Positions 50,679 to 59,359 are shown, numbered from the stretch's first letter. The stretch is DNA of 64,000 bases from a virus (IMGVR_UViG_3300027896_000034:3256-67255), one strand, 5' to 3'. The notes: generated by a model not told the origin, from the letters alone. Numbers and translations: made by a program.

Positions 50679-51014
50679 TTAAATTTCAATCTTAGCCCAA
50701 TTATTTTTGGTATTTTCAATTGATGAATGATATAAAATCCACGCATGTTTAATAGCTTCTTCTTTTGTAGAATCTGTAAATGCTGATGAATGTCCTTTAT
50801 CACCACAAGGTCTATATCTTTTTGTGACTGAATTATATTCTATTGTATATCCTTTTGGTAGTTTGATAGAACTTTCTTTTTTTGGATATTCTTCCTTAAT
50901 TTTTTTCTTTTTTTGAAACCACAACTTACCTTGTAGATACAAATATATAATTCTTCCTGTTATTGCACCAGCTATAAAACCAATAATTATTTGCAATATT
51001 CCCATTATTTCCAT
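50679..51014 (-). CDS. membrane-anchored hypothetical protein
   Basis: N-terminal TM; RBS. Confidence 0.6.
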   Translation of the reverse strand: MEIMGILQIIIGFIAGAITGRIIYLYLQGKLWFQKKKKIKEEYPKKESSIKLPKGYTIEYNSVTKRYRPCGDKGHSSAFTDSTKEEAIKHAWILYHSSIENTKNNWAKIEI

Positions 51015-51035
51015 TTTATTTTCTCCTTTTATAAT

Positions 51036-51401
51036 TTATCTACTTTTTATATTCCAGATAACCCAATCAGGATTAAATGGTTTTTTCTCATAATTTAGAA
51101 TTTTTATTATTTTCCAGTCTTCAGCATATACTGTACAGAATCTTATACAGTTTTTATAACCTTTGTCTTGTGATGATATATCATGACATCCCTGCTCTGT
51201 CATACATTGTTCATTAATATAATTTATATCTCTTTTTTCTTTTACAAATCCTAACTTTACAATTGAATCTGCATCATTGTTTCTATCCGAAATTAAAACC
51301 CACACTGGTCTTAATCTAACTTCTTTATCGTTGTCTCTACTATAAAGAAGACAAGGAACTAACATTATAAATATTATTACTAAAACAAATATTTTTTTCA
51401 T
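51036..51401 (-). CDS. exported hypothetical protein
   Basis: signal peptide; four Cys in mature part. Confidence 0.6.
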   Translation of the reverse strand: MKKIFVLVIIFIMLVPCLLYSRDNDKEVRLRPVWVLISDRNNDADSIVKLGFVKEKRDINYINEQCMTEQGCHDISSQDKGYKNCIRFCTVYAEDWKIIKILNYEKKPFNPDWVIWNIKSR

Positions 51402-51504
51402 AATTATCTCCTATTTTAAATAATTTTTTAGAACAACTCACTACTTTAGGATTAATATATATAGTAAAATATGATAAAACTAGAATGGAATTTTAACAAA
51501 AAAA

Positions 51505-51593
51505 TGGCGGAAGGTAAAGGGATCAAACCTTTGCACCTTTTACAGTGGCCACGGTTTAGCAAACCGGCACAGTTATCGCTCTGTCAACCTTCC
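51505..51593 (-). tRNA. tRNA-Ser(GCU), atypical D and T loops
   Basis: CGGT-TTGCTAA-ACCG arm, long variable arm, CCA; T loop TTTGATC. Confidence 0.7.
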
Positions 51594-51715
51594 ATTTTAT
51601 TCATTCAACTATTTCTACGAATCCCGATTCTCCACGTAGAATTCAACCCTTGGTGGTTCCGCTAAAGTTGTGTTTTGTTTTTATTGATCGTCTACTTAAA
51701 CTAAATAGTTGAATA

Positions 51716-51967
51716 TTATAAACTTTTTTTAATTTCTTTAACTTTTTTCTTAACCATTTCTGTATGTTCTTTTTTAAACACCATTGGTTTAATAACTGGT
51801 GTATTTACTTTTTTTAAGTGAATCATGATATCTGGAGAATAATTATATCCTTCCATTGATCGGATTGCATATTCTTTTTCCCCATACCAAAATTCTATTC
51901 TTGCATTTTCTCTATCTTCCTCTTTTACTTCTTTAGACAGAGTATCTATTAATTCTTTTACGTTCAT
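51716..51967 (-). CDS. hypothetical protein
   Basis: GAGG RBS; MNVKELI start. Confidence 0.6.
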   Translation of the reverse strand: MNVKELIDTLSKEVKEEDRENARIEFWYGEKEYAIRSMEGYNYSPDIMIHLKKVNTPVIKPMVFKKEHTEMVKKKVKEIKKSL

Positions 51968-52218
51968 AAATTCCTCTTTAAATAATCAAAAGTTTTTACT
52001 GAAATTATAATTAACACCGATATTATTAGTGCCCTCCAAAAAGGTTCACATTGAGTTATCATATAACCTGCTACCATTGCAGATATTGGGCAACATATCA
52101 TTGCTAAAGTTTTTTTAATTTTCATTTTTTATCCTTTTTTATTGGGATCTTGGTTGGATTTGAACCAACTGGGTAGCCACCCCCTAGTCCTAAAGACCAC
52201 AAGATCCATGATTATATT

Positions 52219-52293
52219 TGGCGAGAGTGCTAGGATTTGAACCCAGAGTCCTGGTTCTGGAGACCAGAGGTTTTCCAATTAACCGACACTCCC
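52219..52293 (-). tRNA. tRNA-Trp(CCA)
   Basis: CTGGT-CTCCAGA-ACCAG; G73-CCA. Confidence 0.85.
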
Positions 52294-52299
52294 GAATTG

Positions 52300-52382
52300 C
52301 GGAGTCGATAGGACTCGAACCTACAATGGTGTTACCCACGCATGTTTAGCAAACATGTTTCTTACCATTAGAATACGCCTCC
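52300..52382 (-). tRNA. tRNA-Ser(GCU), CCA not encoded
   Basis: CATGT-TTGCTAA-ACATG; long variable arm; overlaps the end of the endonuclease ORF. Confidence 0.8.
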
Positions 52383-53050
52383 GGACTAAATACTCTTCCT
52401 CTTTTCCACCCTTGTAATTCCCAATTTTGAAACTCCTCTTTTTTAATAGTTTTACAGATATTATCCTTATAAATCCAACAATTTCCAAATTGAGAATTAT
52501 TGACGCCAAAATGGTTAAGTTTGTTAGATTTTCTTATTTTATTTTTTGAATCTTCTGAATGGTTTTTACCTAAAAATCCCATAACAGGACTTTTTCTTTT
52601 TAATAATATTCCGTCTTTTATTCTGTCACTGTGCTTCTTTTTAAACTCTTCATTATTTTTCATTAAATATTTAAATTGTATCACAGCTCTCTTAAGTTTT
52701 TTAATTGCTTCTTCGTTTTTATTATCGTGATTTATATTTTCTAAATGATTTTTATTTATATATGAAAATCCACCTTTTCCGCCAGTTAATAAATTATATG
52801 TTTTCCCGGTATTTTTTAAAAGAAATTGGTCTGTTAATATCTCTTTTTCTTTATTTTTCATATCTTCTTCATCTTTACAAATGAAAAGAACTTCTTTATT
52901 AAATTTTTCTTTTCCATATTTTTTTATAGCTGCTTGAAGATATTTACCAGAACCAAGATAATCATCATTTAAATTTTTGGTTTTGTGAAAACCTATATAA
53001 AACTTCCCAGTTTCTATATTTGTGGTTTTATATATAATAAAATAATACAT
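52346..53050 (-). CDS. Seg-like GIY-YIG homing endonuclease
   Basis: IIYKTTN..GKFYIG.H, YLGSG, YNL..GG.GG, NUMOD3-like GKNHSEDSK. Confidence 0.85.
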   Translation of the reverse strand: MYYFIIYKTTNIETGKFYIGFHKTKNLNDDYLGSGKYLQAAIKKYGKEKFNKEVLFICKDEEDMKNKEKEILTDQFLLKNTGKTYNLLTGGKGGFSYINKNHLENINHDNKNEEAIKKLKRAVIQFKYLMKNNEEFKKKHSDRIKDGILLKRKSPVMGFLGKNHSEDSKNKIRKSNKLNHFGVNNSQFGNCWIYKDNICKTIKKEEFQNWELQGWKRGRVFSPEAYSNGKKHVC

Positions 53051-53096
53051 GTTAAATCCTCCTATATATTTGTTCTATATAGGAGGTGATATCGTG

Positions 53097-53186
53097 CGGA
53101 AGGTAGAGGACTTGAACCCCCATAACGACTCACATCGTATACACTCGATCTCAAGTCGAGTCTCTTACCAATTAGAGTAACCTTCC
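53097..53186 (-). tRNA. tRNA-Ser(UGA), CCA not encoded
   Basis: CTCGA-CTTGAGA-TCGAG; long variable arm. Confidence 0.85.
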
Positions 53187-53203
53187 AGATTTATTATATA
53201 ATT

Positions 53204-53279
53204 TGGTAGTCGTGAGAAGAATTGAACTTCTGACATATCGCTTATCAAGCGATTGCTCTACCAACTGAGCTACACGACT
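53204..53279 (-). tRNA. tRNA-Ile(GAU)
   Basis: ATCGC-TTGATAA-GCGAT; CCA. Confidence 0.9.
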
Positions 53280-53285
53280 ATAATT

Positions 53286-53362
53286 TGGTGCTGGTGAAAG
53301 GACTTGAACCTTTAAAATTTAGAGTTTGAATCTAACATGTGTGCCAATTTCATCACACCAGC
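53286..53362 (-). tRNA. tRNA-Leu(CAA), short variable loop
   Basis: TTAGA-TTCAAAC-TCTAA; CCA. Confidence 0.8.
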
Positions 53363-53372
53363 TCTTTTAAAT

Positions 53373-53448
53373 TGGTAGTCCTGGAGTGATTTGAACACTC
53401 GACCAAAGCCTTATAAGGACTCTGCTCTACCAACTGAGCTACAGGACA
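53373..53448 (-). tRNA. tRNA-Ile(UAU)
   Basis: GAGTC-CTTATAA-GGCTT; A73-CCA. Confidence 0.85.
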
Positions 53449-53453
53449 ATATT

Positions 53454-53534
53454 TGGTGCGAGAGGAGAGATTCGAACTCTCACCCGAAGACTAGGTTCTA
53501 AGCCTAGCACGTCTACCAATTCCATCACTCTCGC
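53454..53534 (-). tRNA. tRNA-Leu(UAG)
   Basis: CTAGG-CTTAGAA-CCTAG; CCA. Confidence 0.88.
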
Positions 53535-53538
53535 TTTT

Positions 53539-53627
53539 TGGTGGGAGCGGAGAGGGTCGAACTCTCAATCCCTTGTGGGCATGTGATCTTAAGCCACATG
53601 TGTATGCCAAGATTCCACCACGCTCCC
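53539..53627 (-). tRNA. tRNA-Leu(UAA)
   Basis: TGTGG-CTTAAGA-TCACA; long variable arm; CCA. Confidence 0.88.
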
Positions 53628-53641
53628 ATATAAAAATAAAT

Positions 53642-53717
53642 TGGGTGAATAGAGGGACTCGAACCCTCAAACTGGGAGCCACAATCCCAGGTCTTATCCA
53701 TTTTGACGATATCCACC
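53642..53717 (-). tRNA. tRNA-His(GUG)
   Basis: TGGGA-TTGTGGC-TCCCA; G-1:C73. Confidence 0.85.
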
Positions 53718-53731
53718 ATTAAATTCATCTT

Positions 53732-54247
53732 TTATTCCTTTTTATATAACCAACACGTTTCATTTAATAAAATAGTAGCAGTTGGAAGAAGTTCATCAAC
53801 ACATTTTTTTACATCTGGATAATATTCAACATAATCATGCCCTGCTAATATTCCCCCCTTTTTAACTTTTGGAAGCCAATTAATTATATCATTTTTAACG
53901 CACTCATAATCATGATTAGTGTCTATAAAAACAAAATCTAAACTTTCATCATCATATAGTTTTGAAGCTACATCACTATCTTTTTTAATTAGGTTTACAA
54001 TATCTTTTACTGACTTGAGTGTTTCTAAACACATTTCATAATCACCATCACCCCTCCAATGATCTACAAGATCTAATTTTATTTTCTTTTCACTATTAGC
54101 AATACAAACAGCTATAAATGCAGCACTTCTCCCTTTAAAAACTCCAACTTCTACAAAATGATCCCCATCTTTTGCTTTATTCACCATATCTTGATATAAT
54201 CCTTCAAAAGTGAAATATCCTTCTATATTCTCATAAAAATGCTCCAT
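53732..54247 (-). CDS. class I SAM methyltransferase (Methyltransf_24-like)
   Basis: VEVGVFKGRS, FVFIDTNHDYE, GGILAGHDY. Confidence 0.85.
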   Translation of the reverse strand: MEHFYENIEGYFTFEGLYQDMVNKAKDGDHFVEVGVFKGRSAAFIAVCIANSEKKIKLDLVDHWRGDGDYEMCLETLKSVKDIVNLIKKDSDVASKLYDDESLDFVFIDTNHDYECVKNDIINWLPKVKKGGILAGHDYVEYYPDVKKCVDELLPTATILLNETCWLYKKE

Positions 54248-54261
54248 AAAAATACTCCCTT

Positions 54262-55149
54262 TTATTTCTCCATTTCAAATTTAGTTTTCATCATTGTATT
54301 AAGCATGAATAATGTTCTTGCTGAATAAGAATGATTTAGAGCCCATTTCTGTCCATATTCAGCAGAAATTTCAGCTTTTGTTAAAGCTTCATCATATACT
54401 TTTTGCATCTTACTAAGATCTGATCTTTCAAAATAAGATATAAATTTATCTATTCCCTCCAGCATCGGTGACGAATGATCTACTGTTCTATCAGCCATCA
54501 CAGGGATACCTGATGCTATAATCTCTATATTTCTACAATTAAAATCTCCACCAAGAGAAACATTTAAACCCACACGAGTCTTTCTTAATTCTGGTACATA
54601 TTGATCATGAGGAAGATTTTCAGATAATTTAACTATACAATTTGGTAATAATGATTTCATTTTTGCCAATATCTTTATTCTACTATCACCAAAAACATGA
54701 TATGGGATAGAAGCTTGAAATACATCATACTCTCTTATTTTATTAGGAGGTCCCCATTCATCTATAGATATGATATGATTTGTGCAACATGGCATATGAT
54801 ATATATCTTTTCCTGGTAACTCCCTTTTAAAATCATTTATATAATGACTATGAGCTATAAAAATATATGGAAGTAGTCTTGCTAATTTCATCTCTTCTTC
54901 AAATAATACATGACTATCTAAAAACCAAACTCCAACAGGGCACTTATATTTAGTTATTCCAAGATTAATTACTCTAGATGAAGCAGAACCAAAACAAGTA
55001 ATTAAAACTGCATCAAAATCCTCATCTGGTAACTCTTTTACCGCCCAAGGTGCATTTACATTAATAAGATTTATTTCAGATGGAATATACTTCAATTCAT
55101 TACCATGATCAGGTCCAACCATTAGAACCCTCATTAAACTAACCTCCAA
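54262..55149 (-). CDS. CgeB-like GT-B glycosyltransferase
   Basis: WFLDSH, VGLN..DFNCRNIEIIASG, HSYSAR. Confidence 0.7.
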   Translation of the reverse strand: MEVSLMRVLMVGPDHGNELKYIPSEINLINVNAPWAVKELPDEDFDAVLITCFGSASSRVINLGITKYKCPVGVWFLDSHVLFEEEMKLARLLPYIFIAHSHYINDFKRELPGKDIYHMPCCTNHIISIDEWGPPNKIREYDVFQASIPYHVFGDSRIKILAKMKSLLPNCIVKLSENLPHDQYVPELRKTRVGLNVSLGGDFNCRNIEIIASGIPVMADRTVDHSSPMLEGIDKFISYFERSDLSKMQKVYDEALTKAEISAEYGQKWALNHSYSARTLFMLNTMMKTKFEMEK

Positions 55150-55160
55150 TTGTTAATTAT

Positions 55161-55236
55161 TGGTGAGACTAGAGAGATTCGAACTCTCGACTTACTGGTT
55201 AAAAGCCAGCTACTCTACCAACTGAGTTATAGTCCC
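55161..55236 (-). tRNA. tRNA-Lys(UUU)
   Basis: GCTGG-CTTTTAA-CCAGT; CCA. Confidence 0.9.
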
Positions 55237-55425
55237 AATTATAAATTTTCCATTTTTAAAAGTTCCACGATCAGTTTTTCCATTAAGTTCTCGAATCATT
55301 ATATTAGAATTATTTTCATCCAACCAATATAATGGAACATTCTTTTTTCTTCTTATTTTAATACCTGGTTTTAAAAGAAAATTTAAATTCCAATTTTTGT
55401 TCATTTTTTCTCTCCATTTATTTAT

Positions 55426-55503
55426 TGGAACGTCTGAAGGGACTCGAACCCTCATGTATCTTGGTTCGTAGCCAAGCGCCTATCCAAGTTAGACTACAGA
55501 CGC
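55426..55503 (-). tRNA. tRNA-Arg(ACG)
   Basis: CTTGG-CTACGAA-CCAAG; CCA. Confidence 0.88.
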
Positions 55504-55509
55504 ATTTAT

Positions 55510-56196
55510 TTATAACTTGTTAGATTTTGCTAATTTACTATAATGGTTATTGTAATATTCATTATAATAATCATACCTCTTTCCTTTTCCTTTATTAGCA
55601 CCTTTATATGTTTTTGTTAAAGAGTGACAGTTTGGACACAAAAGATCAACATTATTTGGATTATTGTTTTCTGGGTTTCCATCTATGTGCTCTAATTCTA
55701 AAGGAATTGTTTTAGAAAATGGATTAATTTCTCCCCATCCGCATTTGGAACATTTGTTATTATATTTTTTTAATAAATATTTTTTTACATAACTGGCGTG
55801 TCCAAAAGTTTTGCACCCACCACTTATTTTTCCTTCCAACCAATCTTTAATTAAATTGTTTAATGTAAATTCTGCTTTACAAGTGTTGTTGCAAAACATT
55901 CTTAATACAGGTTTTCCACAATTTAAACATGGTTTCATAGTTGGTATAGTTCCGATTCCACCTAATGAAATGCTAATTTTTCTTCTAGTCTCAGTTGATT
56001 GTTTTCTTCCAGGACTATTCACTTTACCTGCACAAGTTGGACAACAAAATTTATTTTTAGGTTTTATATTGTTAAAACATTCAGGATTTAAACATTTTTT
56101 AAATTGATTACATGGTATTTTTCTTCTTAAGTGTTGAATCAGAGCTGAAGGTTTTTTAAAATCAACTCCACACTTTTCACATATTATCATAATCAT
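55510..56196 (-). CDS. HNH endonuclease with N-terminal zinc fingers
   Basis: CSKCG..LELEHIDGN..NN...N..LLCPNCH; several CxxC pairs. Confidence 0.85.
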   Translation of the reverse strand: MIMIICEKCGVDFKKPSALIQHLRRKIPCNQFKKCLNPECFNNIKPKNKFCCPTCAGKVNSPGRKQSTETRRKISISLGGIGTIPTMKPCLNCGKPVLRMFCNNTCKAEFTLNNLIKDWLEGKISGGCKTFGHASYVKKYLLKKYNNKCSKCGWGEINPFSKTIPLELEHIDGNPENNNPNNVDLLCPNCHSLTKTYKGANKGKGKRYDYYNEYYNNHYSKLAKSNKL

Positions 56197-56254
56197 TCCT
56201 CCTTTTTATATTTGTTCTAAGGAATGATTCGAACTAGTAAGTAATTGAATACGT

Positions 56255-56330
56255 TGGAACGCCAGATGGGGCTCGAACCCATATAGGACAGATTAGAAGT
56301 CTGTTGCAGATCCAATTTTGCTACTGGCGT
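56255..56330 (-). tRNA. tRNA-Arg(UCU)
   Basis: ACAGA-CTTCTAA-TCTGT; CCA. Confidence 0.85.
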
Positions 56331-56562
56331 TTAATTATTAAATAATCATTGAGTAGACGGCTGGTTGAACCACCAATTCACGTAAGCTGAAATTACTATT
56401 CGCTATAACCGCTCCACCGTCTACCTTTTGATTCCTCTGGTTAAATTATAATATTGAATTAAAGATTTTTTCATTAATTTGTAATAAATTAATCCAGAAG
56501 TACCAGAAATAATACAAATAATAATTACAAATGTTAACATTAATATTCTCCTTTGGTTTTAG

Positions 56563-56638
56563 TGGAGCCGATAGTAGGAATTGAACCCACAACAAGATGA
56601 TTACAGATCACCTGCTCTACCTATTGAGCTATACCGGC
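56563..56638 (-). tRNA. tRNA-Thr(UGU)
   Basis: GGTGA-TCTGTAA-TCATC; CCA. Confidence 0.85.
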
Positions 56639-56640
56639 AT

Positions 56641-56721
56641 TGGAGCGGAAGACGGGGTTCGAACCCGCAAGCCGAAGCACTAGTTTGGAAGACTAGCCAC
56701 TTACCATTAGTGTACTCCCGC
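56641..56721 (-). tRNA. tRNA-Gly(UCC) with extended variable arm
   Basis: CTAGT-CTTCCAA-ACTAG; U73-CCA; GC-TTCG-GC extra hairpin. Confidence 0.85.
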
Positions 56722-56726
56722 ATTAC

Positions 56727-57068
56727 TTATTTTAATGAAGAATCCATTGATTCAATCAATCGAATAGTATCTATTGAATGTTCTACATCATGAAGATTTT
56801 TAAAAATATCATTTTTTATATGATTAAAGACATGTTGTCTTCTTTCTCCTGTTATAACTTTTACTTTTTCTTTCCCATCAATTCCTCCGCAAAAAGGACC
56901 ACCATAACTATCTTGATAGTCAAAATATGTATAATCTACTTTGACGAATCCTGTTTTTGCAATTACCAGAACAATATCATCATATTTCACTCTTCTTTTT
57001 ATACCAATAATCATTCCTGGTTTGATTTTTGATGCTTCAATAAAATCATCACTATTCTTTTTTTTCAT
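56727..57068 (-). CDS. hypothetical protein
   Basis: AGGAG RBS. Confidence 0.6.
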   Translation of the reverse strand: MKKKNSDDFIEASKIKPGMIIGIKRRVKYDDIVLVIAKTGFVKVDYTYFDYQDSYGGPFCGGIDGKEKVKVITGERRQHVFNHIKNDIFKNLHDVEHSIDTIRLIESMDSSLK

Positions 57069-57228
57069 TTCTTTCTCCTACTTTTCTTATCTGGAATAAA
57101 TGATTTATGGGTTCTACAAAATTCCTTAAAATCTTCATCACACATAGGTGGTAATCCAGCACATTTTCTTGTGTTAAGATGAAGAGCAATAGTATTAATT
57201 CCATATTGAATTTTTTTCTTTTTTAACT

Positions 57229-57651
57229 TCATAATAATTTTAAATCTCCAGTTATTCCATCAATTTTATCTTCATAATCTGGTCCGATTGCGCAACAAGT
57301 TTTAGTTGGAACTCCATTAAACTCTGTTAAACCAGCGTCTTCAATTAAAGAACAAAGAATATTTTTTTCAAGAGCGTCTCCATAAACTCTCATTAGTTCA
57401 TCTTCGCTATTTACATAAACTACAACTTTTGTAAATAATCCACTCAACCATAAATCTAATGGAGATCCTTTTTCTGTATACAATTCTTTTGAAATATCAT
57501 CTTCACCATTCCATATATCTACCATCTGGTCTAAAATAACTTTCATACTTGCGTGAGATCCTTGAGCAATCATTTTCCCTTTTCGCATATTTAGATCTTT
57601 TCTTATTACGATAACTTGTTTAATTTTTTTATCCATCCCATTCCCACTCAA
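57229..57651 (-). CDS. pth2: peptidyl-tRNA hydrolase type 2
   Basis: KQVIVIRKDLNMRKGKMIAQGSHAS, KVVV, DAGLTEF, TCCAIGP, TGDLKLL. Confidence 0.92.
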   Translation of the reverse strand: MSGNGMDKKIKQVIVIRKDLNMRKGKMIAQGSHASMKVILDQMVDIWNGEDDISKELYTEKGSPLDLWLSGLFTKVVVYVNSEDELMRVYGDALEKNILCSLIEDAGLTEFNGVPTKTCCAIGPDYEDKIDGITGDLKLL

Positions 57652-57916
57652 ATACTATTTCTTTAATAACTCTAATTGTAGCTTTGGTTGAAGAATCAAT
57701 AGGTTTTTTTCTTTTTATTATTTTTTTAATTATAAGTTGTAGTGAATCCCAAAATATAGTAATCATAAACCAGAAACAAAGAACAGGAAGAACTACTACC
57801 CAAAAGATAGAACATAATATAACAATTATATTAAAAATGTTAACATCATATTTAACTTTACAAAAAGCTGCATATATTACAATTACTATTATACCAAAAA
57901 ACCATAAACCACCCAT
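57629..57916 (-). CDS. membrane protein
   Basis: two TM segments; RBS. Confidence 0.55.
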   Translation of the reverse strand: MGGLWFFGIIVIVIYAAFCKVKYDVNIFNIIVILCSIFWVVVLPVLCFWFMITIFWDSLQLIIKKIIKRKKPIDSSTKATIRVIKEIVFEWEWDG

Positions 57917-57917
57917 A

Positions 57918-58103
57918 TTACAATTCTCCTTTTACCTTTTTAATTTTAATAATAATTCCTTCTATTTTTAAAGATACATCTTTAACTTTATATTTATTTT
58001 TATCTTGATCAATTAGTGTAATGTTTTCTGAACCAACTTCTTTGTGTCCATCAATTTCATTAAAAAACACTTTAATGAAATCGTCAACTGTATTTATTTT
58101 CAT
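57918..58103 (-). CDS. hypothetical protein
   Basis: AGGAG RBS. Confidence 0.5.
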   Translation of the reverse strand: MKINTVDDFIKVFFNEIDGHKEVGSENITLIDQDKNKYKVKDVSLKIEGIIIKIKKVKGEL

Positions 58104-58144
58104 TATTTTCTCCTATTTTTATTTTTAGTTATTTTAAATATTTT

Positions 58145-58290
58145 TGGAACACGTGGTAGGAATTCGATATCCCACAAGGATGCGCTATCTAGCCTTATTC
58201 CGCACCACCACCGGTTTGCTAGCCACCAGATCCCGTTATTTGCCCACCTCCGGACTACGTTCCCGGAGGATTTGCTTTGGTTACACGTAT
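58145..58290 (-). ncRNA. 146-nt tRNA-like RNA (acceptor stem, T-like arm, CCA, large insert)
   Basis: ATACGTG/CACGTGT-T-CCA; GTGGGA-TATCGAAT-TCCTAC; internal CCTCCGG/CCGGAGG stem; GC-rich. Confidence 0.6.
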
Positions 58291-58303
58291 TCACTTTTTA
58301 TTT

Positions 58304-58381
58304 TGGAGATGACAGCTGGATTCGGACCAGCGATAGAATGCTTTGCAGGCATCCGCCTTAACCGGACTTGGCTATGTCATC
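58304..58381 (-). tRNA. tRNA-Cys(GCA)
   Basis: GATGC-CTGCAAA-GCATT; U73-CCA. Confidence 0.85.
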
Positions 58382-58394
58382 CCTTTAGTATTAT

Positions 58395-58739
58395 TTACTG
58401 GTGTGTTTCTACATAAGAATGATACCAATCAAAATTATCATAATCCTCACACTCTTTTGGATCCTCAACTTTTTTACCATATTCAAAAACCATTTTTTTA
58501 GCTACGTCTCTTTTAAATTTAAAATTTTTATCATCTGGATATTTAGATAGAAAATCATTATACATAGATAATTTATCGTTCCATCTAAAAAATTCTCTAT
58601 CATTATGTTCAATACAAAAATATTTACTCATTTCTTTATAACTAATTATTTTTTTATCTTTAACATGAAGATCAAAAAGAAATCCATAAGTTATTACAAT
58701 CATAAGAAAACTAAGAAAAAATATTTTAATGTAACTCAT
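58395..58739 (-). CDS. membrane-anchored hypothetical protein
   Basis: N-terminal TM; AAGGAG RBS. Confidence 0.6.
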   Translation of the reverse strand: MSYIKIFFLSFLMIVITYGFLFDLHVKDKKIISYKEMSKYFCIEHNDREFFRWNDKLSMYNDFLSKYPDDKNFKFKRDVAKKMVFEYGKKVEDPKECEDYDNFDWYHSYVETHQ

Positions 58740-58761
58740 AATTTACTCCTTATATTTAAAT

Positions 58762-58852
58762 TGGTGGGTAGTGATGGGTTCGAACCACCGTGGAGTTAAA
58801 CTCCGTCTGATCTACAGTCAGATGCCATTGTCCTATTCTCGACCAACTACCC
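58762..58852 (-). tRNA. tRNA-Tyr(GUA)
   Basis: TCTGA-CTGTAGA-TCAGA; long variable arm; CCA. Confidence 0.88.
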
Positions 58853-58855
58853 ATT

Positions 58856-58931
58856 TGGTGATCTCGCAGAGGTTCGAACTCTGGTCATGTGAGTGAAAGT
58901 CACATTGCCTAACCAATTAGCAGACGAGATC
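58856..58931 (-). tRNA. tRNA-Glu(UUC)
   Basis: TGTGA-CTTTCAC-TCACA; CCA. Confidence 0.85.
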
Positions 58932-58936
58932 ATTTA

Positions 58937-59212
58937 TTATTTACTTCTTGCAAAAAATAAACTCGGTTTTGCGTTTTTAGTATTTCTTGAATCTAAAGAA
59001 TTAGATCTTACTGTATTCAAAGATTCTACTTCTACTTGTAAAATATTTTTTATAGATTTTATTCTTGTTTCTTGAAGAGAATTAGAAACACTATGATATT
59101 CCTCGTCGATTATTTTTTCGACATAAATCCCTTCATCTTCTAAAGCTTTAACAATTATTTTTGCAACTGTTGTTTTACCCTCTCCTAAATGTCCTGTTAT
59201 AAGTATTCTCAT
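58937..59212 (-). CDS. short P-loop-containing protein
   Basis: ILITGHLGEGKTT; only 91 aa. Confidence 0.55.
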   Translation of the reverse strand: MRILITGHLGEGKTTVAKIIVKALEDEGIYVEKIIDEEYHSVSNSLQETRIKSIKNILQVEVESLNTVRSNSLDSRNTKNAKPSLFFARSK

Positions 59213-59229
59213 ATTTCAATCCTTTCGTG

Positions 59230-59306
59230 CGATGATGGCGGGATTCGAACCCGCGAATAACCAGATCGACAATCTGGCGCCTTAGACCAAACTGGGCTAC
59301 ATCACC
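59230..59306 (-). tRNA. tRNA-Asp(GUC), CCA not encoded
   Basis: CCAGA-TTGTCGA-TCTGG; G73. Confidence 0.88.
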
Positions 59307-59359
59307 ATTATTAATCATATCAAAAAAAAATCCTTTCATGATTTTTTAGTATAACGTCG

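Noticed and set aside
51471-56793. Short ORFs overlapping tRNAs (51471, 53491, 53525, 55150, 56581)
   Set aside because: They coincide with clear cloverleaf genes
58215-58295. HDV-like (theta) ribozyme downstream of tRNA-Cys
   Set aside because: P1- and P2-like pairings can be drawn, but there is no room for P3/L3 and the element does not start at the tRNA 3' end
58044-58416. ORFs 58103-58294(-), 58044-58361(+) and 58144-58416(+)
   Set aside because: By-products of GC-rich tRNA and tRNA-like sequence
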